Shown here: in pieces, positions 16,973 through 27,205 of the stretch
How positions within the stretch are numbered: position 1 is the stretch's first letter
Layout: each line of letters starts with the position of its first letter
Assembly (NCBI GenBank): GCA_016840095.1
Contig: JAEOSZ010000111.1
Coordinates: forward strand, 86,612 to 150,611
Origin: Candidatus Heimdallarchaeota archaeon
Lineage (GTDB): Archaea; Asgardarchaeota; Heimdallarchaeia; Heimdallarchaeales; Heimdallarchaeaceae
Length of the DNA stretch: 64,000 bases
Reading direction: 5' to 3'
Translations under genes and position numbers: made by a program
Notes under the pieces: generated by a model
Database searches by the model: none
What the model saw: the letters and a program-made list of their open reading frames with translations, nothing else
Told to the model about the DNA's origin: nothing

Positions 16973-17695
16973 CTAGATACCTTTTTTGAGACGATTAATC
17001 AAGAAATGATGAAAACCTAATTCTTCCATTTTCTTACATGTGAGATCAACATCGTATTCTAATCTTATGTGTTCATATTCAAATTCCTTGGTTTTTTCAT
17101 TTATTTTGAATGTTAAGAAGGATGATTTTGGATTATTGTCTCTGGGTTGTCCAACTGATCCTGGATTTAAGAGATGCTTTCCCTCATTGACTATATGAAG
17201 AGGTTTGTGAGTATGTCCTAAGAATAGAAAGTCAATTTCAGTAAACTCTCTTGTAATCTCAAAGAACATGTTGTACGACCATGATGGTAAATCAGGTGAA
17301 ACATAATCCCTGAGAGGTCTTCGTGGGGATCCATGTACAAACATGGCATTTCCTTCAGATATGAACAAAGGAAAAATTGAGAAGAATGGATGAGATCCTA
17401 GTAATTGTTTTTCTCTAGTAGAAAGTTGACTTTTTGTCCAAGAAAGAGAGATCTTTGGTAAAGGATTGAAATACTTGAAATTGTCTTTCCAAATAGCATA
17501 GTCATGATTTCCAACAACATGGATTTGAGCTAAATTTTCTACAATTTCTATGCATTCCTTTGGATTAGGACCATATCCTACTGTGTCTCCAAGATAGATA
17601 ATAATATCAGGAGATAAATCTTTGATACTATCTGTTACAACGTTGAGTGCTTCTAGATTAGAATGCACATCTGAAAATATTACCAGATTAATCAT
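16973..17695 (-). CDS. Metallophosphoesterase (calcineurin-like, YfcE/PrpA-like)
   Basis: SDVHSN, LGDTVGYG, GNHD, VHGSP, GHTH, NPGSVGQPRD; start moved to the ATG at 17695. Confidence 0.9.
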   Translation of the reverse strand: MINLVIFSDVHSNLEALNVVTDSIKDLSPDIIIYLGDTVGYGPNPKECIEIVENLAQIHVVGNHDYAIWKDNFKYFNPLPKISLSWTKSQLSTREKQLLGSHPFFSIFPLFISEGNAMFVHGSPRRPLRDYVSPDLPSWSYNMFFEITREFTEIDFLFLGHTHKPLHIVNEGKHLLNPGSVGQPRDNNPKSSFLTFKINEKTKEFEYEHIRLEYDVDLTCKKMEELGFHHFLINRLKKGI

Positions 17696-17777
17696 AGATT
17701 TATCAACTAAAGAATTAATAATCAAACCTAATAATAAGATTTTGTCAAAGAATATGAAATAAAAGAAAAAGAAGAGT

Positions 17778-19826
17778 TTATTCTTCTGGAACTGTTTTGA
17801 ATCGTCTTGTAGCAATAGCTCCAACAACTGCAAGACCTACTGATGAGACGAATATTATCAAGGCAATGATGTTAAGAGTAATGCCCGAATCTAAATCGAT
17901 ATCCATAAAAACTTCTACTAAGAAGGTTTCATTATATCCATAACCTCTTTTATGTATTCGAATAGAAACATCAATAAATTGAGTTTTGATACTTGAATCT
18001 GGTAGAATAGCTCCTTCAAAGTTAATATTATCTCCAGTGTTATTCAGCTGTTCATTATTGATGTCTGATTTTAGTTCTTGGATAACAACCCATGCCTGAA
18101 CATCTGGAATGAAACTTCCTTCGTCACCTGTAATAGAAATACTAACTGAAACATTATCTCCTTCAACAATTGTTGTGTCTTCTATAATGAAGTTATCATA
18201 AGAAATTTGATGCTGTAGATCTAGTAGCCAATTCAACTGTCTTAAGAAAAGATACTTGTTATCAGCTCTAAGGATATTAGTTGTGTTAAATATATCAGCT
18301 GAAGCAAAAGTTAGAATCTTTCCACCTCTTTGTAATTCTAATGCTGCCTGAATAGTTGCAGAACCATTTAACGAAATATCTTCTGTACTATTGAAAACAC
18401 CATCCTTTACTTTGTCAATATAAAATTCTCCAGTTTTGTTTATTGAAGCGTATAAATCTCCTTCTTGGAATTGATAATATCCTTCACCAAATAAAATGGT
18501 CCCAAGGGTTGCATTAAGGTCATCAAATTTAATTGCTGATCCTTGTACGTATTCAATCGAACTAACTGTTTGATTAGTAAATATATTGTCTTGAGTTATG
18601 TAAGGAAGATTGAGTATGTCATTTGTATCAAATTCTATAGTAGCGTTGATTCCCAAATCTGTTGAATAAAGTGTTTCATTAAATATTTGGAAACCAAAGT
18701 TACTAAGGAGAAAATTCAATTTACTTTCTTCATCAGCTGTATCACCTAAAACATAGAGGTTTCCACCAGAAGCAACAAAGAACCTGATATCATCTATTTG
18801 ATCTTCTGTTAAATCAGTATGTGATCCAACAAGGATAAGTACATCCAAATCTTTAATTCTTTCATAAGTTATATCATAACCTTCAGAAGCCTTCTTCAGA
18901 GTGTTATTAAGACCATAAGTGTTTATGATTGAATTCATTGATGTTAGATTTCTCTCATCTGTATTAGATGAATCAGAGATATATGTCAAAATGTTCAGTT
19001 TGCTTAAATCTTCTTCATACGAGAAGTAATCATGAACAGTTTCTAAATGGATTGTATTAAAAGCTGTTATTTCGTTAGTTATTTCCGTATAATTAAAAGC
19101 TGCTGTATTGTTTTCATAAACAATGAAGAGATATCTTATAGTTTCTCCTTCTTTTAATGAAATATCTTTTCCATTTGTGTCTCCAGAATCTAACTCTTTT
19201 GCAACTTCGAAAGAAACTTCATATCTATTGAAGTCATCAAGTTCTGTTGTTAAAGCCGAAATAGAATTTTCATATCCTGTCATATTAATATCTAGGACTA
19301 AAGAATCAGGTGTTGTGCCATTGAAATATGCATCTTGGGCTCCTTCAGCTCTATAATTAATCACAACGGCGTCATCTGATGCTTCATTGCTATAACCAAT
19401 TCTGTCATCAAAATTTCTATCGAATAAAATGGAATACCATGTATGTGATTGGTTATTATAAGAATCACCAACTGGGATTGTTGTATTGATAGGTATAAAA
19501 ATTTCACTAACATAGCTAACTCCCATAAATAAATGAGTAGCATTTGATTGAACACGAATGGTTAGAGATATTCTGTTGCCACTTGGGCCAAAAGATGCAT
19601 TGTGTATTGTAGCATTTTCCCACTCTCCAGCATAGCTTTCTAAAACTCCATCAATTACGGGTGGAGTGTTATTAAGTAGCACTATATTTTCTAGTGAAGG
19701 AAAGGCTGGGTTACTATTTTCATCAATTGCTGTAGTTGTAAATGATATACCTACAAAACTTGCTGTAACCAAACTTATGATGTATATAGATACAAACAAT
19801 AGTTTTCTAAGATTTTGTGTTCGCAC
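17778..19826 (-). CDS. Secreted/cell-surface glycoprotein with C-terminal TM anchor (CBM9/DOMON-like plus GldG/IFT52-like domains)
   Basis: Signal peptide after GTG at 19826 (GAGGAG upstream); PVIDG...GEW; LDVLILVG..DLT..QIDDIRFFVASGGNLYVLGD; many N-x-S/T sequons; C-terminal TM followed by RRFK. Confidence 0.65.
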   Translation of the reverse strand: MRTQNLRKLLFVSIYIISLVTASFVGISFTTTAIDENSNPAFPSLENIVLLNNTPPVIDGVLESYAGEWENATIHNASFGPSGNRISLTIRVQSNATHLFMGVSYVSEIFIPINTTIPVGDSYNNQSHTWYSILFDRNFDDRIGYSNEASDDAVVINYRAEGAQDAYFNGTTPDSLVLDINMTGYENSISALTTELDDFNRYEVSFEVAKELDSGDTNGKDISLKEGETIRYLFIVYENNTAAFNYTEITNEITAFNTIHLETVHDYFSYEEDLSKLNILTYISDSSNTDERNLTSMNSIINTYGLNNTLKKASEGYDITYERIKDLDVLILVGSHTDLTEDQIDDIRFFVASGGNLYVLGDTADEESKLNFLLSNFGFQIFNETLYSTDLGINATIEFDTNDILNLPYITQDNIFTNQTVSSIEYVQGSAIKFDDLNATLGTILFGEGYYQFQEGDLYASINKTGEFYIDKVKDGVFNSTEDISLNGSATIQAALELQRGGKILTFASADIFNTTNILRADNKYLFLRQLNWLLDLQHQISYDNFIIEDTTIVEGDNVSVSISITGDEGSFIPDVQAWVVIQELKSDINNEQLNNTGDNINFEGAILPDSSIKTQFIDVSIRIHKRGYGYNETFLVEVFMDIDLDSGITLNIIALIIFVSSVGLAVVGAIATRRFKTVPEE

Positions 19827-20009
19827 TTTGTGTCTACTCCTCAAAGGGTTTAATAAAGCGCTAGCATTTGCCTTTTTAAACTTTATTTCTGCAAAGAAGA
19901 AATGAACATCATTGTGATGCAACATTAGCAAAATACTTATTTGAAGGAGATACAACTGTATTATCGTAACTCAATTTGAAGTTGTGAGAAGTCTCCGGAG
20001 AAGAAAACC

Positions 20010-21233
20010 ATGACTGAATTAAGAGAAAAACTTCTAAAAGAAGAATTTCAAAAGCAAAAAAACATCAAAGGTTTTCCAGTTGAAGCACTTTTAGATGTTT
20101 CAAAAGATGAATCTAAATTTTTAGTAGAATTAGGACTACAAACGATTGAAGATCTAGCAAATAATTGGAATGAACACTATGAAAAAATGATTAAGAAGAT
20201 TCCAAAGGAAAGAGTCAATAGCTGGATAGCTGCTAGTCGATTATTATCTCTGGAGGAAACCGAAAAAGTTACAACAGGTGCAAAGATAATTATGGTTGGA
20301 ATTGATAATGCTGGAAAAACTTCTTTGTCCATAGCATTGAAGCATAGAGGTGCCTTATCATTATTATTCCAAAAATTATATGCTTTAACACCAACACGAG
20401 GATTACTAAGGAGTAAAATTGAAGTTTTTGGATTGGATGTTCATATGCATGAATTGGGTGGACAGAGTATATATCGTGAAGATTACTTAAACAATCCACA
20501 ACAATATTTTATTGGCACAGATGTCATTATTTTTGTAATAGATGTTCAAGCTAAAGACAGATTTGAAGAGAGTTTTGAATATCTAAAACAGATTACCAAT
20601 GTCACAAATGCTTTGAAGCTTAAAGTTCCTTGGAAAATATTCTTTCACAAATCAGATCCTGATTATGAAATAGATGAGAAAAGTACAGAAGTGTTCAGCT
20701 CAATTATTGATTACATGTCTAATAACTGTCCTTTCTTCAATCCTGCAAAAGATTTCTTCAGAACAAGTGTGAAAATACGTTCATCGATTCTAGGTGCTTT
20801 CTCACACATCTTTAGAGAAATTTCACTGATTGAACAAGGCATTCAAGAAGCATCTCAGGAAGTTGCTCAACAACTAAATGCAGATTTCTTTGGTCTATAT
20901 GATTCAAGAAGCAATGTTTGTTTTGCACAGTATAAAACAGATGAAAGATATATTGATATTGCTCATAATGCATATTATGAAGCCATTGAAACGATTGTGA
21001 ATATTCGAGAGGCATTTTTACGAATACGTAGATATACCTTGGATGATGATATTAATGAGATATTCATTTTGAGAGATTTGCGGTTCGGTGGAGATATTTA
21101 TATCATGGCAGTACTGACGCAAGATGAGGAAATGGCAAGAAATCTCGATCAGGATGCAGTACAAGAGATCATTGAAAATCAACTAAGAGATTGGATTGAA
21201 TTTAGAGGATACGCAGCTTTCCCCCTTGATTAA
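20010..21233 (+). CDS. Rag/Arf-like small GTPase with N-terminal helical domain and C-terminal roadblock/longin-like domain
   Basis: G1 GIDNAGKTS, G2 PTRG, G3 ELGGQ, G4 HKSD (Rag-type HKxD), G5 RTSV. Confidence 0.85.
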   Translation: MTELREKLLKEEFQKQKNIKGFPVEALLDVSKDESKFLVELGLQTIEDLANNWNEHYEKMIKKIPKERVNSWIAASRLLSLEETEKVTTGAKIIMVGIDNAGKTSLSIALKHRGALSLLFQKLYALTPTRGLLRSKIEVFGLDVHMHELGGQSIYREDYLNNPQQYFIGTDVIIFVIDVQAKDRFEESFEYLKQITNVTNALKLKVPWKIFFHKSDPDYEIDEKSTEVFSSIIDYMSNNCPFFNPAKDFFRTSVKIRSSILGAFSHIFREISLIEQGIQEASQEVAQQLNADFFGLYDSRSNVCFAQYKTDERYIDIAHNAYYEAIETIVNIREAFLRIRRYTLDDDINEIFILRDLRFGGDIYIMAVLTQDEEMARNLDQDAVQEIIENQLRDWIEFRGYAAFPLD

Positions 21234-21337
21234 ATTCAAACAATTTTTTGATTTCTTTTGCTAATTTCTTTAGATTATGCAAATGAAGTAAACAGTAATA
21301 GAATAGAAAACATATCAAATAAGAAAGTAACTAAAAT

Positions 21338-21429
21338 GCCCCGATAGCTCAGCCTGGCTTAGAGCGGTGATCTCGTAAATACTTCGAGAAAGTCGCAAGA
21401 CGGGGGTTCAAATCCCCCTCAGGGCTCCA
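21338..21429 (+). tRNA. tRNA-Thr(CGT) with 13-nt intron at 37/38 (21378-21390), CCA encoded
   Basis: Acceptor GCCCCGA/TCAGGGC (one C.A mismatch); anticodon stem GTGAT/GTCGC; CT-CGT-A, intron AATACTTCGAGAA, then A38; CTCG/CGAG central BHB helix; T arm GGGGG-TTCAAAT-CCCCC; U73. Confidence 0.9.
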
Positions 21430-21481
21430 TTAATTTCTTTTCTGCTTAAAGTTTAAATATATGCAAAAAATCTAATCTATA

Positions 21482-22408
21482 ATGACTTCATACCTTTTTA
21501 TTGTAAATCCAAATGCTAGAAATGGCGATATTGGAAAGATGTGGCCTAAAGTTGAAGAGGAAATCAAGAAACGAGGTTTAAATTATACAGTTGAAATGAC
21601 AAATGAGCCAAGACATGCAATTGAAATAGCAAAATCAAGAGGAGAGGAATTTGATGTTGTTGTTGCTACTGGGGGAGATGGGACAGTAAATGAAGTAGCT
21701 AATGGTTTGTATGGGCTGAATACAACTTTTGGGATCTTACCACTAGGAAATGGTAATGATTTTGCACTTGGTATAAAACTTGATGAGGATTATCATAGGA
21801 GTTTAGATATCCTTGAACAAGGATTAACCTGCGATTTAACTGTTGGTTTAGCTAAAGCTGATGATGATGAAAGATACTTTGTTAATATTGTAGATACAGG
21901 TGTAGGAGCTACTGTTTCAGTTGCATCCTTCACAGAACTTAAGTGGTTAAGAGGATTTCTCAAATACTACATTCTTGCTTTTAAGAAGCTGTTTCAATAT
22001 CGTTTGGTAGACACCGTGATGCAAATAGATGATCAAGAGGAATTTAAGTCAAAGCTTCTCATGATTGCTGTTGGTGCAGGAAGTAGATTTGGGGGAGGTT
22101 TTCACATATTACCTGAAAATTATCACTATCGGAAAGATTTTGGCATTCTACTTGCTGAGGATATTAGAAAATTAAGACAAATATACTTGCTTCAAATCCT
22201 GAAACCCGGAAAACACTTAGGTAAAAAAGGTGTTACCCATATAAGAGGAAGTAAAGTAACTCTTCAACTAGGAAGACCACTTCCAGTTGAAGTTGAAGGT
22301 GAAATTGTAAACTATGGTGCTACTAATGTTTCATTTGAAGTTGCACCTTTATCAATGAAAACAATTGTACCCCAAGAATTACTAGATTTACAGAAAGCTG
22401 AACCATAG
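21482..22408 (+). CDS. Diacylglycerol/sphingosine kinase family lipid kinase (YegS/DgkB-like)
   Basis: IVNPNARNG, GGDGTVNEVANG, LPLGNGNDFA, YFVNI, RFGGG, VEGE. Confidence 0.9.
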   Translation: MTSYLFIVNPNARNGDIGKMWPKVEEEIKKRGLNYTVEMTNEPRHAIEIAKSRGEEFDVVVATGGDGTVNEVANGLYGLNTTFGILPLGNGNDFALGIKLDEDYHRSLDILEQGLTCDLTVGLAKADDDERYFVNIVDTGVGATVSVASFTELKWLRGFLKYYILAFKKLFQYRLVDTVMQIDDQEEFKSKLLMIAVGAGSRFGGGFHILPENYHYRKDFGILLAEDIRKLRQIYLLQILKPGKHLGKKGVTHIRGSKVTLQLGRPLPVEVEGEIVNYGATNVSFEVAPLSMKTIVPQELLDLQKAEP

Positions 22409-22462
22409 AAAAAGAGATAAGCCCATATCTCTATTATTTTCTTTAGTATACCATCATGAAGA

Positions 22463-22951
22463 GTGATTCAGATACTGGTGAGTTTCATGCATGTAGGATT
22501 CATAATTCAACCCTTATCTCCCACAGATACTTTGGATAAAGTCATTAGCATTTTAGATAAGGATAGAGAAATGTTCCCTAAAGAAGGTGTTCTTTTTTTT
22601 ATAGAATCATACAATGAAACCTATGGAAGCCATATTACCAAACAAAACCAAATTACAGGACTCGATGAATGGTTTAAAGAATATCCTGTAAAACAAGGAG
22701 ATATAATTATTCTATCTAAATATTCAGAAGGATACTATTTATCGTCAACATCTGAAATTGTAGAACAGCAACACCATTTCACGCTGGAAATGGATAGAAT
22801 TCTCTCAATGGAACCTGGAGATATTTTGTGCCCAAATTGTAGGTATAATCTTGAACATGCAGGAAGAACTTCAAGAAAAGATTCGTACATCTTAAAGTGT
22901 GCAAGGTGTGGATTTGCATTAGTTAAAAAAAGTGATTACGATTTAGAATAA
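22463..22951 (+). CDS. Hypothetical protein with C-terminal zinc ribbon
   Basis: CPNC...CARCG. Confidence 0.65.
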   Translation: MIQILVSFMHVGFIIQPLSPTDTLDKVISILDKDREMFPKEGVLFFIESYNETYGSHITKQNQITGLDEWFKEYPVKQGDIIILSKYSEGYYLSSTSEIVEQQHHFTLEMDRILSMEPGDILCPNCRYNLEHAGRTSRKDSYILKCARCGFALVKKSDYDLE

Positions 22952-23093
22952 TAGAAGAACCTACTGATTCTATGTTATTAGCAACTGTAATGACAATTTA
23001 ACCTAAGAATTCTGTAACTTTTTTTTTATAAAGTGTGCATGTGAAAATACCTATGTATTATGTGCCTTTTTGTGCTGATGTGATTTTATTTGC

Positions 23094-23714
23094 ATGAAAT
23101 TTATGCTACATAACATATGGATTGCTAAAGATACTGGTGAATGCCTATTTCATCGTAAGTACGGTAGCATAGATCATGATGAGAATCTTATTACAAGTTT
23201 TCTTAGTGCTATTGAGATTTTTGCACAGAATGTTGATGAAGGGTGTGATCATCTACAAACTACTCGGTATAAGTTCATCTATACAACTTCTGATAAAACG
23301 GTAACCGTTGCTTGTGTTGATAATACCGATGATGATTGTATCATCAGGGATGAATTACAGAAAATTCAATCAGAGTTTCATAAACGTTTTGCAGATGAGT
23401 TGAAAGAGTGGAGAGGGAGAGTAGAACACTTTTCTCAAATGAGTGATTATGTAGATGCGCGACTTGAAAAGTACAGCACACCTGTTGCTAATTTAGTTTC
23501 TTCCAAATTAGAACTTAATCCTCAGATTATAAGCAGGGATGTTGGTAAGAAATTTAGCAGCCAACAACAAAAAGTAATTTCTCTGTTGAAGTATAAAGGA
23601 TCTGCTACTCTAAATGACATTGTAAAACTGATGAAACTAAATGAGGAAGATGCTCAACAAGCTACAAATGATTTATTGTACAAAAACATCATACGTCAAG
23701 TTCCAATATCTTAG
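23094..23714 (+). CDS. Longin-like domain + C-terminal winged-helix protein
   Basis: IWIAKDTGECLFHRKYG...ENLITSFLSAIEIFAQ (Asgard longin pattern); C-terminal QQKVISLLKYKGSATLNDIVK wHTH. Confidence 0.72.
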   Translation: MKFMLHNIWIAKDTGECLFHRKYGSIDHDENLITSFLSAIEIFAQNVDEGCDHLQTTRYKFIYTTSDKTVTVACVDNTDDDCIIRDELQKIQSEFHKRFADELKEWRGRVEHFSQMSDYVDARLEKYSTPVANLVSSKLELNPQIISRDVGKKFSSQQQKVISLLKYKGSATLNDIVKLMKLNEEDAQQATNDLLYKNIIRQVPIS

Positions 23715-23768
23715 AAGTTTTCAAAAGACAAAGGTTTTAAAGTATTTTAAGTCAAAGCCATTGATAGT

Positions 23769-26297
23769 ATGTCTCTTATTGATTACTGGAATTTACTATG
23801 GGATTTAATTAAAAATGATCCCAATATTGGAATTGGTATTCTTATTGCTTTGTTAGGCTTAATATTTCTTATATCAGAAATTGTTACAAAAATAAGACAT
23901 GGAACAACTTCAGAGAATCTGATGTTAGCATTTATTGCTCTAACTTTTGGCCTTGTTTTAATTTTTCTTAGCAACTGGTTAATAGCGATAGCTTTGAGTC
24001 TATTTGTATTAGCTGTTTATCAAACATATATGCTTAGAGAATCACCTGTGTGGAGGGAACTAATGATAATTTCAGTAGTAACGTATTTCGTATTCTTAGT
24101 AGGAACAGTAGGAGACAAAGTGTGGCAACTTGTAACTGGTGAAAAAAATGAGTTATTTACAGGTTGGGCTTATAACTTAATGTTATATGTTTTCATAATT
24201 CTTGCACTAATATTCTTTGGAAAGAAATTCGTACTAGTTAGTCGTTTTATGTCTCCTCAAGTATTATACTTGACACTCTTTGCACTTGTTTATGTTGCTT
24301 TATATGGAGTTGGCAAGTTAATTCCAGGATTTGATAACCTTACATGGAATTATATTGGACTTACATCATTTTCATTGTCCAATTTCTTCACAATTGGTGG
24401 TAGTTCTATTTCAGCAAGTGCAGGAAATCACCTGGGAGGTCTAGTTAAGACAGATTCCCCCTTAGTTCTAAGAACAATCTTTCTTTCTTTGGGACCTTGG
24501 GAAATGATTATTCTTCTTTCAATCTTAATGTATTTCATATCTGGTTGGCTTCTCACAGTACTACTGGGAATAAAACCAACTGATGATAAAAGAGTTCTGA
24601 AGGTTGTAGAAGAAGTAAGAATCCGTTTAGGAATAAAGAGAAAAATCAAGGTTGGTTTTGTTGAAGCCCCAATTTTAAATGCGATGGCCTATGGACCTTT
24701 GTTCGATCAAAGAATAGCACTCATTTCATCAAGCCTAGATGAGTTTAGTGATGATGATATTAGAGGAATTGTTGCACACGAATTAGCTCATAACCAAAGA
24801 GGTCACATCATTTGGCTTCAATTGTTAGCTTGGATTGAGATGATTATTAAGAAAGCATTTTTACTACCTGCAACAACCTTAGACTATGCTGCAGTTAAAG
24901 GACTTATCCCATTTGGTTTGTATTTCCTGATTAGCTATGGAATTATTGCAGTTCTCTATATCTTTGTTAGAATCTTGGAGGGTGACGCTGATCTACAAAC
25001 TAAAAAAGCAGGTTATGGTAGAGAGTTAGCTCAAGTTTTGTACAAACTTGAAGGCTTTTATCAAGGTGTTGCGGGTGATTTTGGAATAAATGTTCAATTA
25101 TTGACAGGCAAAGAATTTAGTCCTGAGGAGAAACAAAGGTTCCAAGGAGAAGCAGCAATGAGACTCTATAAACATCTTTACCGTCCTGGTAGATGGGATA
25201 TGGTTGCAAATCTGTTTATGTCTCACCCACGAACAGCATACAGAATAGTAGCTGTTGTAAGTGATGATTATTCCCCAGTCAAAGGTGCATTACTGCCCTT
25301 TTGGTTAGTTTTACCTAATTTCATTAGAGGAAATGCAATCAGAAAAATGAGCAAAAGAAGAGATGATTTCTCAAAATTAATTTCAGATAGATACAACGAA
25401 TATCACGGAGAAGATGGTGTAAAATCATTTCTTGAAATTACGAGAATGCATGATTTAATCTCAATGCTCAAAGGTAGATATGTTGTTGCATACGATAGAA
25501 TTTTTGATGATTGTATAGAAGGTGAAGTTATAGATATTGAAATTAGTGATACTATAGTCAGACCTCTTCTTTTGAATATTCAAACAGAAAAAGAAGTTAA
25601 GAAAATTCTCTTTACAGATTATGTTATTCATGACGCTCAAAAAGAGGACAAATATATCTTGAAAAATGGTAAAATGGGTAAATTAGTCTCTTGGGATTTA
25701 GATGAAAAAAATCAAAGTCCAACATTTACTTTTCAAGAAATTTCCGACACTTCTAAAACTTTCAAGCGAGATTATACAGGAAAACCGATATCACATTTCA
25801 CAGAATTGATAGGACAGGAAGTATTCAGCTATAATGATGGATTAGACAGGAAGGCAACTTTAACAGATATATCCTTTGAAAAGGATTTTGCTTCCTCTAA
25901 ACTTACTCTTGAGACAGATGATAATGGTAAGATGAAAAAATTTGAGCTCACAGGGAGAGATGTTATTATTGACTTACCACCAGTATTAGTAAGACTTAAT
26001 CCTGATAAAAAGGGTCATCAAACAGGTTTGATAGAGTCTATTGTAGATAAGTCAGTTATTCTTTATACAAAAGAGGAATTAGAAACTGGCATTGCGTGCT
26101 CTATAACAAGTGTAAGTGATGAAAAAATAACTTATAAAATAAAAGATAAAGAATCTGAAGTTGAAAGGAAGAAGGTTGATTATATCTATATTTATACAGA
26201 TATTCCAAAGTTCATGATAAAGAAGCATATATCTTCTCTTGATAGGATTATGATGCGAATCTCAAATATTCGTGATATGAAGTATATTTTTGGATAA
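23769..26297 (+). CDS. M48 (HtpX/Ste24-like) membrane zinc protease with large N-terminal TM region and C-terminal beta-rich extension
   Basis: NAMAYG, AHELAH, EGDAD, SHPRT. Confidence 0.85.
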   Translation: MSLIDYWNLLWDLIKNDPNIGIGILIALLGLIFLISEIVTKIRHGTTSENLMLAFIALTFGLVLIFLSNWLIAIALSLFVLAVYQTYMLRESPVWRELMIISVVTYFVFLVGTVGDKVWQLVTGEKNELFTGWAYNLMLYVFIILALIFFGKKFVLVSRFMSPQVLYLTLFALVYVALYGVGKLIPGFDNLTWNYIGLTSFSLSNFFTIGGSSISASAGNHLGGLVKTDSPLVLRTIFLSLGPWEMIILLSILMYFISGWLLTVLLGIKPTDDKRVLKVVEEVRIRLGIKRKIKVGFVEAPILNAMAYGPLFDQRIALISSSLDEFSDDDIRGIVAHELAHNQRGHIIWLQLLAWIEMIIKKAFLLPATTLDYAAVKGLIPFGLYFLISYGIIAVLYIFVRILEGDADLQTKKAGYGRELAQVLYKLEGFYQGVAGDFGINVQLLTGKEFSPEEKQRFQGEAAMRLYKHLYRPGRWDMVANLFMSHPRTAYRIVAVVSDDYSPVKGALLPFWLVLPNFIRGNAIRKMSKRRDDFSKLISDRYNEYHGEDGVKSFLEITRMHDLISMLKGRYVVAYDRIFDDCIEGEVIDIEISDTIVRPLLLNIQTEKEVKKILFTDYVIHDAQKEDKYILKNGKMGKLVSWDLDEKNQSPTFTFQEISDTSKTFKRDYTGKPISHFTELIGQEVFSYNDGLDRKATLTDISFEKDFASSKLTLETDDNGKMKKFELTGRDVIIDLPPVLVRLNPDKKGHQTGLIESIVDKSVILYTKEELETGIACSITSVSDEKITYKIKDKESEVERKKVDYIYIYTDIPKFMIKKHISSLDRIMMRISNIRDMKYIFG

Positions 26298-26357
26298 GTT
26301 TCCACAAAATCCCACTTCTTTCAAATTTTTTTAATTTTCTAAATTAGTTTGTAGATT

Positions 26358-26981
26358 TCAATATTTGATATGGTCAATTCCTTTAGTTTGACCTATATGC
26401 CCTACTTTTTCTCCAAATGTCCAAAATTCACCACATCCTGCAACCATCCCAAAGAACTGTTTTGATTCAGGATCTAATCTTCCATTTTCATCAGTAACTC
26501 CCTTATGGACACTAGTTCTTACAACTTCAGCAAAAAAAACAATCCGATTTGGTGGTAGTTCATGGGAAGAAATTATCTTACATTCAAGTATTATAGCTGC
26601 TTCTGCTATTCCAGGGGCATCAATATACTTTGAAGAAATTCTTGTTAAATTTGCTTTTTTAAATTTATCCTCTCTTTCAGTTTGACACATATCTATAATA
26701 TCAAATGAATTAGTCCATGAAGTGTCAGGTACATTTAATGTAAACTCTCTGTGCTTGAAAATCAAATCAAGAGCAGCATGTTCATGCTCATTTGTAGTAC
26801 TTTTCTTAGTAACACTAATACCGATTTGTGGAGGATCTCCATTCAATATGAATGTCCAAGCACAGGTAAGATCATCTTCTATATCTTCATCGCCTTTAAC
26901 TCCCAATATGATTGCTGGAACAGGTGGGAGCATTGGTCCAGGTTTTTTTAAATCGATTCGAGTTTCACCAATATTATTCAT
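26358..26981 (-). CDS. Flavin reductase-like (DIM6/NTAB) protein
   Basis: PVPAII, PPQIGISV, EFTLNVP, DKF, APGIAEA..ILECK. Confidence 0.85.
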   Translation of the reverse strand: MNNIGETRIDLKKPGPMLPPVPAIILGVKGDEDIEDDLTCAWTFILNGDPPQIGISVTKKSTTNEHEHAALDLIFKHREFTLNVPDTSWTNSFDIIDMCQTEREDKFKKANLTRISSKYIDAPGIAEAAIILECKIISSHELPPNRIVFFAEVVRTSVHKGVTDENGRLDPESKQFFGMVAGCGEFWTFGEKVGHIGQTKGIDHIKY

Positions 26982-27205
26982 CTACTTACATGGGATATTT
27001 CCAAATTTAAATCATTCTGAATGCTGGAAATCTATTAAATCAAGCTATCCGTTCTATTACTTTTTTTGTAAAAAACAACTCTTCTTACTCTTTTTCGAAT
27101 TCGGTAGTTTAATGTTTTTTGTCAATATATTGCGTTTTAACATGTTTCCAGTATATTATGCTGATATTAAACCTTGTTTTTAATAAAGCCCCTTTCTTAG
27201 ACTTA

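Noticed and set aside
17696-17833. N-terminal extension of the metallophosphoesterase in the ORF track
   Set aside because: It overlaps the upstream gene and reads as T-rich intergenic sequence; the domain begins at the ATG at 17695.
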